Source of the DNA: Anthoceros angustus
Taxonomy: Eukaryota > Plantae > Anthocerotophyta
Reading direction: 5' to 3'
Assembly (NCBI GenBank): GCA_010909165.1
Contig: MU008158.1
Span: forward strand, 2,133,478 to 2,197,477
DNA: 64,000 nt
Both the position numbers and the translations under genes were made by a program. The notes beneath the pieces were generated by a model. The model was not told the DNA's origin and made no database searches. It saw nothing but the letters and a program-made list of their open reading frames with translations. Below, in pieces: positions 49,007 through 60,931 of the stretch; within the stretch, counting starts at the first letter, position 1, and every line of letters begins with the position of its first letter.

Positions 49007-49619
49007 GATTGGTCGTCATGAGAAAGAGCTGCCTCACACTTTGGGTGCATGATCTCTGGTCCTGACTTGAAGTCAAGAACTGAAGGAGAAACCTTCCGGG
49101 TAGGCGGTTGAGGAGACGTGGGCAGAGGCAGTAATATCTTCAGTGTTAGGGAGGTGTCTTAGAATGCTTGCATTTTTATGTGGAGTCCATTCAAGTTCTG
49201 GAGCTATCCGCAATTACTAGTGATACCTCTAGGCAGGGTAGAGAATGCGGTGGCAGGTTCAGGACTGTCGGCCTGGTAAAATATCCTGCCTTTAGAGCTT
49301 CTCATTATGCGCTGCCTTTAGTCGTTGAAGTAGGGATAGCTTCTTTCAACAGACTCCACATCTGCAGACAAGCTGTAGACTGTTGACACCGTTGTATGCA
49401 CATTGCTCTTTACAATTGAGTTAGAATTGGCCGGCGGATTTTCACAACTTCTGAGTTGTTAGAAGGGTGCTGATGGGGGTTAAGATAGTATGTCAGGTCC
49501 TGATCGATAAGTTGTCTGATTGGTTCCATAGGTGAAATGATAATCGATCAGGTATACGTCGGTGTAATGATTTGTTCTGGCTATTCGTCGTGCTTTGAAA
49601 ATGAGTTCTATTTGAAGTG

Positions 49620-49880
49620 TGTTCTATTCGAAGTCACACTTTACGTTGTGTGAGTCTTTGAAGTCTACATCTTGTGAATGTTCGAAGTCACACTTTATGC
49701 GGTGTGTGAGTCTTCGAAGTCACACTTTACCTCCTGTGAGTCTTCAAAGTCATAAGTTACCTCGAGTCGACGTTACTTCGAAGTTACACTTTACTTTGTG
49801 TGAGTCTTCAAAGTTACTTCGAAGTTATAATTTACTTTGTGTGAGTCTTCAAAGTTACGTGTGAGTCTTCGAACTCACAC
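49620..49880. repeat. Degenerate ~30-bp tandem repeat (TCTTCRAAGTYACACTTTAC..TGTGAG)
   Basis: Roughly 8-10 copies of ttcgaagtcacacttta / gtgagtcttc. Confidence 0.8.
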
Positions 49881-51004
49881 TCGGTGATCTCGATAGCAAG
49901 TGAATTCTAGCTGACAAGAAGTTAACTCTTGGTAATCTCAGTATTAAGAGAGTCTTCTAGCTGACTAGCTTAGAGGTTGGACCTACATTTGACAATTATT
50001 GACTAAGTGGTATTAAATGGTAGCCACATCCATATTCGTCAATTGTCAATCAAATGATACTAAATGGTCACTGCTCTTTTGATTCATAATTGAGTGAAAG
50101 TAATTAATGTCACAAGTTATCGCAATTGAATCAAATAAATTTGGTGGTGGTAAAATCCCACAACATTTCTTATACTATATATAGGCTTCAAATAAGTAGA
50201 TGGGGTGAGCTCATTTAACATATAATATACGATACAGATGTCTCGAGTTGAAGAATAATATAGCTTCAAGTTATCATTTATAAAGTTTTAGTTCGAACAT
50301 GAAGAGTTTGCACACTACATCGCTAGATTGTCAAGGATGCAAGCCTAGCATTTGAGCTTTCAACGTTGCCAATTAGCTTGCGCTCAACTTTTTGGCAAAA
50401 ATTTTTGTCGAGCATAGCCGATGAGGAGCCGTGTTCGTAATCACTTCCTCCGCGTCAGGCAATACTTCAAATCCATGTACTTTCCAGGATATGAATTAGA
50501 CTAATACATGTTCTAATTTTATTATCGCCTTGCACTCTTGTCAATTAACTTGTTGCACCTGCATCTCAAACCCCTCATCTGTCTCTATGGTTTCGTGCAT
50601 ATGACGTACGAGCCCCACCTTCCTCTCCGCCTCTCCCTTCCGCTCTTTCGTCTACATTTCATTGGAGAGAGCCATGACTTCAGGCTGGAGCGCGGTGTAT
50701 GAAAACTCGCCCAATACTTATGGTTGCGCATTTCTATTTGCGCCGTTTGCTTCACGCTTGCTTCTTCCAACATTGTCTTGGCTTCAGCCAAATCGAGGTT
50801 AAATTCCCGAGTCCATAGCTCAGATGTCGAGATTACTGCAACCGCCCTTTCCAGGATAAGAACGTCTAGGGAAAAGCTGTGTTCTCTATTCTTTGTGAAC
50901 GAAGAACTAAGTCATTCCAAGACAATGTAATCATTTTTGACTTGTCAATGAGGTTTTACTTGTAAAAAAAAGATTTTACTCTCCATCCTCTTATTATGTC
51001 ATAA

Positions 51005-52153
51005 TTATGAAGATGCTAGCTCTTTCATATTTTTTACTCCCGAGTTTGAATTATGTGGAAATGTATGGTTCCAAAGCTTATGGGCGATTATCTTTTGAAC
51101 AGTTTCACTTGGATGATATTGATCAAACCAAGTATATTTTTTTGTGTCAAGACACGCTAGCTTCTCACTAACGCAAGCAAATTGGCCATTGAAAGGTCCA
51201 TCGCCACAACATGGTGCATTTTTTTCAAATCCGTGCTTTGTAATATCAGACATGATATCCTTAAATATGTTATATGTTGGTCCAAAGTAAAAATAAGAGT
51301 CCTTGAGACCTTCACGACCAGTGAATATCTCATTTAATTTGCTCATAGTAGCATGATTATAATGCTCCATGTCGGCATTCACAAAATCTATGCATTCACC
51401 ATGTGGAATATACCTGAATCTATACAATATATTTGGCATACATCCCATATTTGCAAGACCCATAATGGCAAACTTTCTTGCACCCATCCAATGCAGCTTC
51501 TTGATCACATCCAATAAGTTTTTAAGAAGAGAAATAGTACAATTGTTCCTAGTTTCTTCATAATTAGCAACATGCAACTGCCACCCTTCAATTGGATAAT
51601 GCATGAATGCCCAATCACTATAGCCAACTGAAATAAAAATGATTGATTCTTTCAAATGCTTTTGAACTGCATTGGAACCTAATATTTGTTCAAGATTTTA
51701 AATTACTACTTGTTCCATTAATATTATTTGATCATGAAAGGGAATAGCATCTCCTAGTTGATTAAGTCTCGTTTTAAGCAATATCCCAACACCAACAGAG
51801 GCAAAATTTACACCTGGCGATGCGATACTAGAATGAATATTGCGTGATTCAAAGGGAGCTTGGTATCCACTCAACTTGAGATACTTGGTGGCTAATATAT
51901 CTATTGCAAGCTTACCATCAATATATCTTCCAGTTGAAAGATATGTATCAAAGTTTCTGCCATATGTACAATGATCAGCTTTGTAAGCAACTTGACGATT
52001 TACATTATTCCCAACATATACTGATGAATCACCAAATACGTAAAGTGCTTTAACGTCGTGAGAAGCATCATTATCATTATCATTATTCACAAGTCGATCT
52101 TGCGCTTTAGACCTCGCACGAGGAGGGTTGCGAGAAGCATGTACATTATACAT
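51005..52153 (-). pseudogene. Intronless GDSL/SGNH esterase-lipase pseudogene
   Basis: ALYVFGDSS..GNN, TGRY.DGK, GVNFASVG, GARKF, MGCMP, CCG.GPFNG, FDQYHPSE. ORFs 51698..52153 and 51005..51655 are in the same frame, separated by a TAA at 51698-51700. The signal-peptide region has a stop and abuts a (TA)n run. Confidence 0.85.
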
Positions 52154-52184
52154 GTGGTATGCTATTCAATACCATGCTAGAAAG

Positions 52185-52185
<1 letters not shown>

Positions 52186-52239
<54 letters not shown>
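52186..52239. repeat. (TA)n microsatellite, ~27 units
   Basis: Directly visible. Confidence 0.97.
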
Positions 52240-52243
<4 letters not shown>

Positions 52244-52593
52244 GTAAAATTTCATCCCATATCTATTATATGTAAATAATACGATACCTATGATTAGCAA
52301 ATAACAAGCTATAGAAAACCATGATATAGCACCATTCAATATATTACAAGCGAAATAGACTATAAGAGTCTAGCTTTTGTCCCTCTGTTTATACTAGATA
52401 GCTAGATATCTTAGATATGGTTAACAAATTCTAATTTAAAATTTCTCCAATATTTCCATTGTGGTTCGAGGATCCAGAGCCAACATCTTGCAATACGTTT
52501 CACAAGATCACTGACTACTTAGTGGCTTTGCTATTTGGTTTGACAAACAAGTCAAGCAGCAGCATTACTTAGTGACTTTGCTGCTTGGTTTGA

Positions 52594-54407
52594 CAAACAA
52601 GCCAAGCACCAGCATTGGCTATCCAATGTCTTTGCTATGTGATTTGTGATTTGTGGCATGGGCAAACGCCCGAGGGAGACCTTGTTGTTTGGTGTTTGTG
52701 CTTCAGGAGAAAGAGTTAATTTGGATGAGGCACATTGTACTTGGATAACCCATCTCCAATTTTGTTTCCTTCCCTTGTTGCTCCTTACCTCTCTCATTCC
52801 AAAAAGACTCGTATCTGCATGCGATAAACAATATTCTACATAAATTCTAAGAGATAATAAATACCTTACATAGTTTGGTTAGGAGAAGGGTTGATAACAT
52901 CTTGATATACAGCAAGCCTACCCTTGAGGAGTACATCAGCATTATTAGAGAAATAATCCTCTTATAATGTATGCAAACAAAAGCTTTACATTTAGCGAAT
53001 GTATAATTCACGAATTTTCTAAATCGATAATTCATTAATTTGTTAATTTACTAATTCGTTATAAGAATCATATATTACATATAACGATAATGAATTAAAG
53101 AGCAATAAAATTTGGTTATTTTTTTGGGTGAATGATAATTGAGTGTATTAAATTAGAGGATGAGCAAGAGCTGAGTACAAGGAAAATGGTTCAAAGATCC
53201 ATCGGAGAGTGCAAAACCACAAGAGTGCTGCTAAAAAAAATGGCTACTTAGAACCGCCGTATTGACCCCCAATCACGGAGGAAGACAAAAACGAGAAGAC
53301 AGATATATACGCGCCGCAGCCAAAACAACATGCGCTGTGAAAAGAATCCACAGAGCTGACCAATCATACCACCATAAAGAAGCAGGCCAACTCACAAGGG
53401 TCTTCAACCAAAACTATCATCCAACACACTTAAATTGCATGTTAAGAGTTGTACATGTTAAGAAAGTAAGACTAGAAATCAAAGTAAATGTATGTTATGT
53501 ACCAATATTTAAGAGGGTCCGAGTCAAACAAGCCGTTGGCTATCCAATGTCTTTGCTATGTGATTTGTGATTTGTGGCATGGGCAAACGCCGAGACCTTG
53601 TTGTTTGGTGTTTGTGCTTGAGAAAGAGTTAATTTGGATGAGGCACATTGTACTTGGATAACCTCTCCAATTTTGTTTCCTTCCTTGTTGCTCCTTACCT
53701 CTCTCATTCCAAAAGACTAGACCGCATGCGATAAACAATATTCTACATAAATTCTAAGAGATAATAAATACCTTACATAGTTTGGTTAGGAGGAGGGTTG
53801 ATAACATCTTGATATACAAGAGCCTACCCTTGAGGAGTACATCAGCATTATTAGAGAAATAATCCTCTTATAATGTATGCAAACAAAAGCTTTACATTTA
53901 GCGAATGTATAATTCACAATTTTCTAAATCGGTAATTCGTTAATTTGTTAATTTACTAATTCGTTATAAGAATCATATATTACGTATAACGATACTGAAT
54001 TAAAGAGAAATAAAACTTGGTTATTTTTTTGGGTGAATGATAATTGAGTGTATTAAATGAGAGGATCAGCAAGAGCTGAGTACAAGGAAAATGGTTCAAA
54101 GATCCATCGGAGAGTGCAAAACCACAAGAGTGCTGCTTAAAAAAATGGTTACTTAGAACTGCCGTACTAACCCCCAATCACGGAGAAAGACAAAACAGAT
54201 ATATATCTGCTAAATTAAAACAACATGCGTGAAAGAATCCACAGTGACCAATCATACCACCATAAAGAAGCCAACTCACAAGGGTCTTCAACCAAAACTA
54301 TCATCCAACACACTTAAATTGCATGTTAAGAGTTGTACATGTTAAGAAAGTAAGACTAGAAATCAAAGTAAATGTATGTTATGTACCAATATTTAAGAGG
54401 GTCCGAG
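52594..54407. repeat. ~0.9-kb tandem duplication of non-coding AT-rich DNA (52594-53523 and 53525-54407)
   Basis: Both copies run from caaacaagcc..ttggctatccaatgtc to aatatttaagagggtccgag. The second copy carries many short deletions. Confidence 0.92.
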
Positions 54408-54997
54408 GCTGCTGTCGAAACCGTTACTCTATCGGTTTGTTGTTCATTCACTCATCAAATGAATTTATGGAAATTGAAAAAACAAATGTCAAGACACAGA
54501 AAAATTGGTGTTTCGCCCTTCCCCAAATCAACTTGGTAGTGAAACTCGGAGTGACATATAATCGAAGTATAAACACCACATATTTCATTTCGTGTATGGC
54601 ATCCTAGCCCTGGCATTCAATTGGCTTCCAGTGTTGGATCCGCTACGAAGCTGTGCCGCTCTTACGGGATGTAGCAGCACGGGCACTTCCTCGTCGTGTG
54701 TCTTCCCTATGTCGGGTGCACCGCAGTGACTGCGGTGCACCCGGAACCACTGTGGTTCCGTCCGTGTCCGATTGCGGCCCTGTGTTTAGCCTTCTCGGTG
54801 GCGGTAGGTGGTGAGCTGGTGTGGTCCTCCGTTCCCCGTTTGCTTCCCTGCTTTCATCCTGGCTCGATGGCCCCCAGCCTGCTTGTGCTCAAAGTCTCCG
54901 GGCTTTGTATGACTTGCAATCTAGGGCCATGGTGTGAGTCCCGCCCGTTTTAGAAGGTGAGCTTTTGGTGCACAAATTGTGTGGGTGCTGAGGTTTT

Positions 54998-56400
54998 GAG
55001 TGCTGTGTTGTAGGCAGGGCGAACTCAGGGATGAAGGTAGCCTGTGGACTGACGCATAGGAGACCGATTTGGGAGCTTTCAGCTGTCTGACTAGGCTGAG
55101 GGAGAGAGGTGCGCTGGGAGGGTAATTTGGAACGCTGGCCGAGAGCACCAGAACTCGACGAAATTGCGAATGGCTCATGGGCGCTAGATTGCCGATGGGT
55201 GAGGTCAGGGTTGTGAGCGTTATCCATGGTGGCACACTTGACTACTAAGGCGGAGGTAGAAGTAGGGGCGGTCAAGTGTTAAGCCGGATGGCCATGTGTT
55301 TGTAGCAGCCTTGCAGGCTTGTGCAAGGGGAGCAGACCCCGAAAGTGGGCAAAAGGTTCATGCTAATGTGCTGGCTAGCAAGCTTTAGCTTAATATGTTT
55401 GTCTCTAGATGCTTGGTGGACATGTATGCAAAGTGTGGCATGGGTCAGGAAGCCCTACGACTGCACAGTGAAATGCAACAAGAAGGCATTGCTGCACCGG
55501 ATTCTGGAACATTTTGTGCCTACTGCAAGCATGCGCAAGTTGGGGTACCCGACTTTCAAGACGAGAAAGCGACTTCATGCATGATCAAGAACAAGAGCTT
55601 CAAAGTGATGTTATTGTAGTCAACAGTCTGATTAACATGTACGCAAAGTGTGGTAGCCTAGATGATGCCAAAGCGTGTTTAAAAGTCAAAAAGATGTATT
55701 GATGTGGAATGCCATGTTCGCCGCATACTCCCAACAAGTCATGTTTCAGGAAGCTATTCGTCTTTATAGTGTAGCCTAGATGATGCCCAAAGCGTGTTTG
55801 AAAGTCAAAAAGATGTATTGACGTGGAATGCCATGTTCGCCGGATACTCCCAGCAAGTCATGTTTCAGGAAGCTATGCGTCTTTATAGTGCTATGGAACA
55901 AGAAGACAGGACAGGACCTGATTCTGTGATGTTCATATGCGTTGTGCAGGCATGTGCAAGTGTTGGTATCTCGGTTCTACAGAGCGCAAAGTATGCAACT
56001 GTGATGTTCATATGCCTTGTGCAGGCATGTGCAAGTGTTGGTATCTCGGTTCTACAGAGCGCAAAGTACTTGCATAGATAGATTGAAGAACGATGACTTC
56101 AGGTTGATGTGGTTCTGGGTTGCAGCCTGGTAAACACAAAGTACTTGCATAGATAGATTGAAGAATGATGACTTCAGGTTGATGTGGTTCTGGGTTGCAG
56201 CCTGGTAAACACAAAGTACTTGCATAGATAGATTGAAGAACGATGACTTCAGGTTGATGTGGTTCTGGGTTGCAGCGTGGTAAACATGTACGCAAAGTGC
56301 GGCAGCCTTCACGATGCTCAGAGCTTGTTTGATGGACTTGATGAGAAGAATGTGGTGACGTGGAATGCCCTAATATGCCCAGTAGGGCATGGCTCAGGAA
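54998..56400 (+). pseudogene. PLS-PPR pseudogene, truncated before E/DYW, with internal 118-bp x2, 75-bp x2 and 75-bp x3 duplications
   Basis: Fragments VLCCRQGELRD, VKPDGHVFVAALQAC, CLVDMYAKCG, VNSLINMYAKCGSLDDAK, DVLTWNAMFAGYSQ and VVNMYAKCGSLHDAQSLFDGLDEKNVVTWNALI, with stops and frameshifts. Confidence 0.88.
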
Positions 56401-56429
56401 ACTGCAAGCCGAGTGGCATCTCTGGTCGT

Positions 56430-56760
56430 GTGTTGTTGTAATCTTTATGATTGTCATAGCATTCCTTATGATGGTCATGGTAGGTTGCTTTTGTTATAAT
56501 TGTTCTCATCTCCTTATAATTATCATCAATGTCATTATGATTATCATCCTTGTCTTCATGACTATCATCATTATGCTTATGATGTCTTGTCCTTACAATT
56601 GTCTTTGTCAACACCACCCCTGTGATTATTGTCTATATGATTGTACCTCTCTGATTGTTGCCTGTATGATTGTACTCTCTGATTATTACCCATATAATTG
56701 TCCCCTCTTATGATCCATATAATTGTCCCCTCTTATTATCATCTTTATGATTTAGCCCTT
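56430..56760. repeat. Low-complexity (TAT/TGA/TCA)-rich tract
   Basis: Dense attatcatc / ttatgatt words; translation gives biased low-complexity peptides. Confidence 0.75.
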
Positions 56761-57154
56761 CGTGCCGACAATATAATTCGAAATTTATAATTGTGCAAGG
56801 TTTAGCCTAATGCTTGTACTACAATATGATTAGGAAGGATATATTTATCATCGACAATCTATGTACATAAAATATTACAATTAAATATACATCATAATCT
56901 GACTTTTCTCACTTACAATGATAAGACCCCCCTTATTGACCTGTCCTTGTGTGGCTACGCACACGGGCTACTATCAAAACACAAAACCAAAGAGAAATGT
57001 AGACCACATCCCAGACCTTTGAAGAACCATGGCGAACATACCGCGAGGCCCTGTACAAAATGCCAGCAAACACGAAAACACCAGCATGGTTTCTCTATCG
57101 TAGAAATGATGCTATACAATACTATACTGGCAACCGGTAGCTTCCGGCAACTGC

Positions 57155-60116
57155 TCACATGTCAGCCCTACTGGCACCAGTCTGTTGGGAGGCCTCAGCT
57201 GATGATACTGCCTGTAATCCCTTATTACCAGACAGAGCCACGGGGTCTTCAGGCAACAGAGTGGAGCGGACCCCTTCACCGAAAACATGGTTCAGTGCAC
57301 GGAAGAACTGTTCCTTCAAAGGTTCCTCGGCCGGCAAGGGACCGGATTCCTTCGACAGTTCCACGTCCGGTTCATCACCACTATCTGAAACAACCTGTGC
57401 ATCACCCTCAGGCCGCCAATGATTGAAAGAAACTTCCTCTCCTCCAACCACCAAAGCCTGGTTCATGGTGGCTGGCGCACCATTTGCACTAGCCTCCTTG
57501 TCTTCCACGGGGACTTTATCAGCCTGTTTATCCTCGCCCTCCAGTTTCACAGCATCCACCGGCTGATGCATAGTCGCCAGCATTTCATGAATGGCAAGAG
57601 GATTTTGCCTCACGAACTCAACAATCACGAAGTGCGGGTAGTTACTGCCGACATTTTGCAACCTGTCAAAGAGTCTTGACAACTCCATAGCATCACTGGA
57701 CACAAATCCCCTCAGTTGCATGGCCCTGTGCAAGTTAAAAATGGCCGGCTGAGAAGGTTCGCGGCGCAGATACTGCCAGGAGGGAGTTTCTCCTTCCACG
57801 CTAGATATGGCCGTTGATGTAATCAGTGAAAGTGGCAAAGGAGACGCTGAGCAAGAGGAAGCACATGACTGTGCTACTTTCAACCATGGCTTAAACTTTA
57901 GAATAAGTAAAGTGCGTCCAAGAACCCCGTGATCCCTAACAAAGTCGCACTGCAAGACACAAGTTAGCTTTCGCTAGAGAGTGACGTAATGCCATTATCA
58001 AATCTTTACTGTAATATCAACGCTTATCAACAAGCTCTTGGAAGGCAAAGCATCAGGAGGACTCACAGCATCTTTCAACTTCGGGCAAGCTGCCTGTTGA
58101 CACGTCTGCAAAAGCTGCTCACTGAACATTTCCTTGAGTTTATCCAAGTTTTTCTCAAGACACACTGCACCGCCATACATGGAACATATTTTGACATCCA
58201 AAAGAGGGAAGAACCTTCACAGACAGGTTGCAAACAACATTGAGTCAGACTAGCATGCAGCTTCTGCCAGATTAGCTCACCTTCACAGACTGGTTTCACC
58301 GCATCAACATCAGCTTGGTTTTCCGCACTATTTTCAAGAGGCAGGATGTCCAGAGAGGCATGAACGCGTCGACTTAGCTGGCACATGCACATGGCAGTAT
58401 TAACATGAGTCAAATAGGTACTCAAGTTTGGTGAAGAAGAATAAAAGGAACATCGGGGTACAATCTGCAGGCAACGAGCTAGCTCAAATGTGCAGAAACT
58501 AGCTACATATAAGGGGTCAAACTCACATGATGGATATTCCGGTAAACATCAGCGATGTCTTTGGAATTGCAAGTTGATTTGATAGAGGAGACTGGATCTA
58601 TTTGAAACTTGCTCAAGACTATCGCAGTTGCCAGCTGTGGATATCTGTTGATGAAGTTGCACTGAAAAGCCCAAAAAAAAGACAAGGGTCACATCAGGTA
58701 TGCCGCACGGTGAAAAACGTACGACAGGGGTAAAGAGGAGCACCAAAACAACCAATGGGTAAAACACAGCATCAGTGAGGCACGATATTGAACATACAGT
58801 ACTCTGCTCACAATCCGCTTCCACATCCTTGCTGCAAGAAGCTATCAACCGACGCTTGAGGGTGTGCATGAGCCGTCTGGTCTGCAACTCCAACGTCTCT
58901 GCAGTTTGACAGAAAAAACGTTAATATGAAATAAGTATTCACGATCCAAAGACGTACGCAGCAGTCGAAGATTAGCATACCGGTACACGAGATCCCTGAT
59001 GTTGTGGACACCGACACATCCTCCAAGACCTCGACAAGTAAATCACGATACTTGGTGTCCAGGCCACCACACGAGCTAAGCGACGGTGCATTCAGCCACA
59101 GAGGCTCCGCCGCGAAGGATACTGTCGGGGCAACCCTTGGGCGGGATGGCGACACCCAGTTCCTCTGCCACACACCACAAAACATTCCAACTTTCAAAAT
59201 CCGCTCACTTCCAAGCGCGCAAGCTTCAGAAGAAGATCATCGGACACCGTGCACGGCCACCGCAACGCAGGCGGTCTGTTAACAACACACCAGGTGGTTT
59301 CCCGCGGACTGGATCTTGGCAGCAACGGAGGAGGCCCCGTACGCCAACTTAGACTTGAAACTCTCCCAAGCGCCGGCCGGGCCCCTTACTTCATGGGGAC
59401 GTGCATCACGAACCCGTCCAGTGTCCCGAAAATGACGAAACTGATCTTCCCCGAACTCCCGTCCAGCCCGATGAGCGCTCCAGTGCTTGGCGCCGTGAGC
59501 ATGCCTCCGATGGCCAACACGATAAGGAACCGATTCACCCTCTCTCCACTCGCCCTCCCGCATCATCCGCGCCGGCAACCTCTCTCGTCTGTGATGCTCC
59601 CGGGACCCCGCGTGCTGACCCCGGTGTCCAGGATGCTCGCCGGCAAGCCCGACATCACCGTGGTGCCCCTCCGCATGCCGGTGATGCTGGCCATGGTACC
59701 GGCGCTGCCAAGTAGGATGGATCTCCAAACCCCGCTCCTCACCTACGCATCCAAATAAACATCCACATCCACACCAAACACTCAGCACAGCATCCAAACA
59801 ACAACACCACTCAACCCCACTCCACGGCACAGCCACACACCCTACCTGGGGCATCCTCCAGCAACGACTTCCCCGGCCGGCGGATGAAATTGTGATGGAA
59901 GGACTTGGGGTAGTGGTGCAGCGGGTGCAGGTCCCCGGCCCCGGCCCCTTTCGCAGAGCTGGATCTCCGCCAGGCGTCCCCGTGCAAACTAGGGTCCCCG
60001 CCGTGCTGTCGCTGGAATGTGCCGATGGGAACGAAGCCTTGAACCAGCGCCGGCAGCGCCACTGCCGCCAGGAGCAGCAGCAGCAGCAGCAGCGGCACAC
60101 GAGCCGCCCCCGCCAT
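57155..60116 (-). CDS. Unknown multi-exon protein: signal peptide, His/Arg/Gly-rich segment, Cys-rich middle, acidic C-terminus
   Basis: ATG at 60116 starts MAGAARVPLLLLLLLLAAVALPALVQG. A chain of GT-AG-bounded open exons follows, including RRYHGQHHRHAEGHHG and CNFINRYPQLATAIVL. The final 266-codon ORF ends at 57155. Confidence 0.68.
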
Positions 60117-60931
60117 GGTCCTCTTCAGTGCAGACAACTTCAGGCCCTTGCAACACGAAAATGCGCAGCGTGCAACACACCCGCTCCTGCTACGAAATGC
60201 ACAGCCAGCGGTCACGCACTTGGATCTGCAACCTAGGCAAGGAGACCCAGGACTCGAGGTCGGGGCAAGATACGCACCGAGAAGAGATGGTTGGAATCGC
60301 TCTGGGCGCGGCCACCTTTGCCGAAGCAGAGACGCCGGGCGGAGTATGGAAGGAGCAATAAGTAAGCCAGCCAGGTGGAACCACAATTAATAAAATATAA
60401 CTTTACATGTGTTGTTTAGATGATTCACCGGGCCGCGGCCTCCAGCACGACGCCTTTAACTACCGCGCTTCCTTCTTTACTGCAACCGACGAAACGTACG
60501 ATACGCGCAATCAATGGAGCCTTCGCGGCAAGCCGAGCCTCGAGCCTTCCGTCCACGTTCCGAATCGAGTGTCCGCACAACAGGAGACGCATTCCCCTAC
60601 ATATGGGATACGGGATCTCCGTGGGGTCCGAACCATTCAGATCACGCCACACTCGTTCGGGGACCGTTTCTCAGAAACCGGCCCGGCCGGGTTGCTTGCT
60701 TCGTGGGAGCCAAGCTTCAGTGCATCATCTCTTTATAGAACTTATTACTCTGGCTTATCCCTTGTCTCAAGCTGAAAGCTATGTACATAATATGCATCTA
60801 TGTACTTGGGTATCTGCTCAAGGCAAGTGACAGGACACTCTGCTTTTCTAACGAGTATACGTCTGGATCACTTTATTTTCTGGAAAGAATCAATTAATTG
60901 TTTTGTGGATACCAGGCTCCGGGAATCTAGA

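Noticed and set aside
50330-50940. Coiled-coil-like coding remnant on the minus strand
   Set aside because: It is short, interrupted by stops and has no identifiable family.
57155-60116. Aspartic protease call for the secreted orphan
   Set aside because: The N-terminus looks propeptide-like, but the only DTG (FRDTGRV) lacks the hydrophobic context of a pepsin active site and no second catalytic motif was found.
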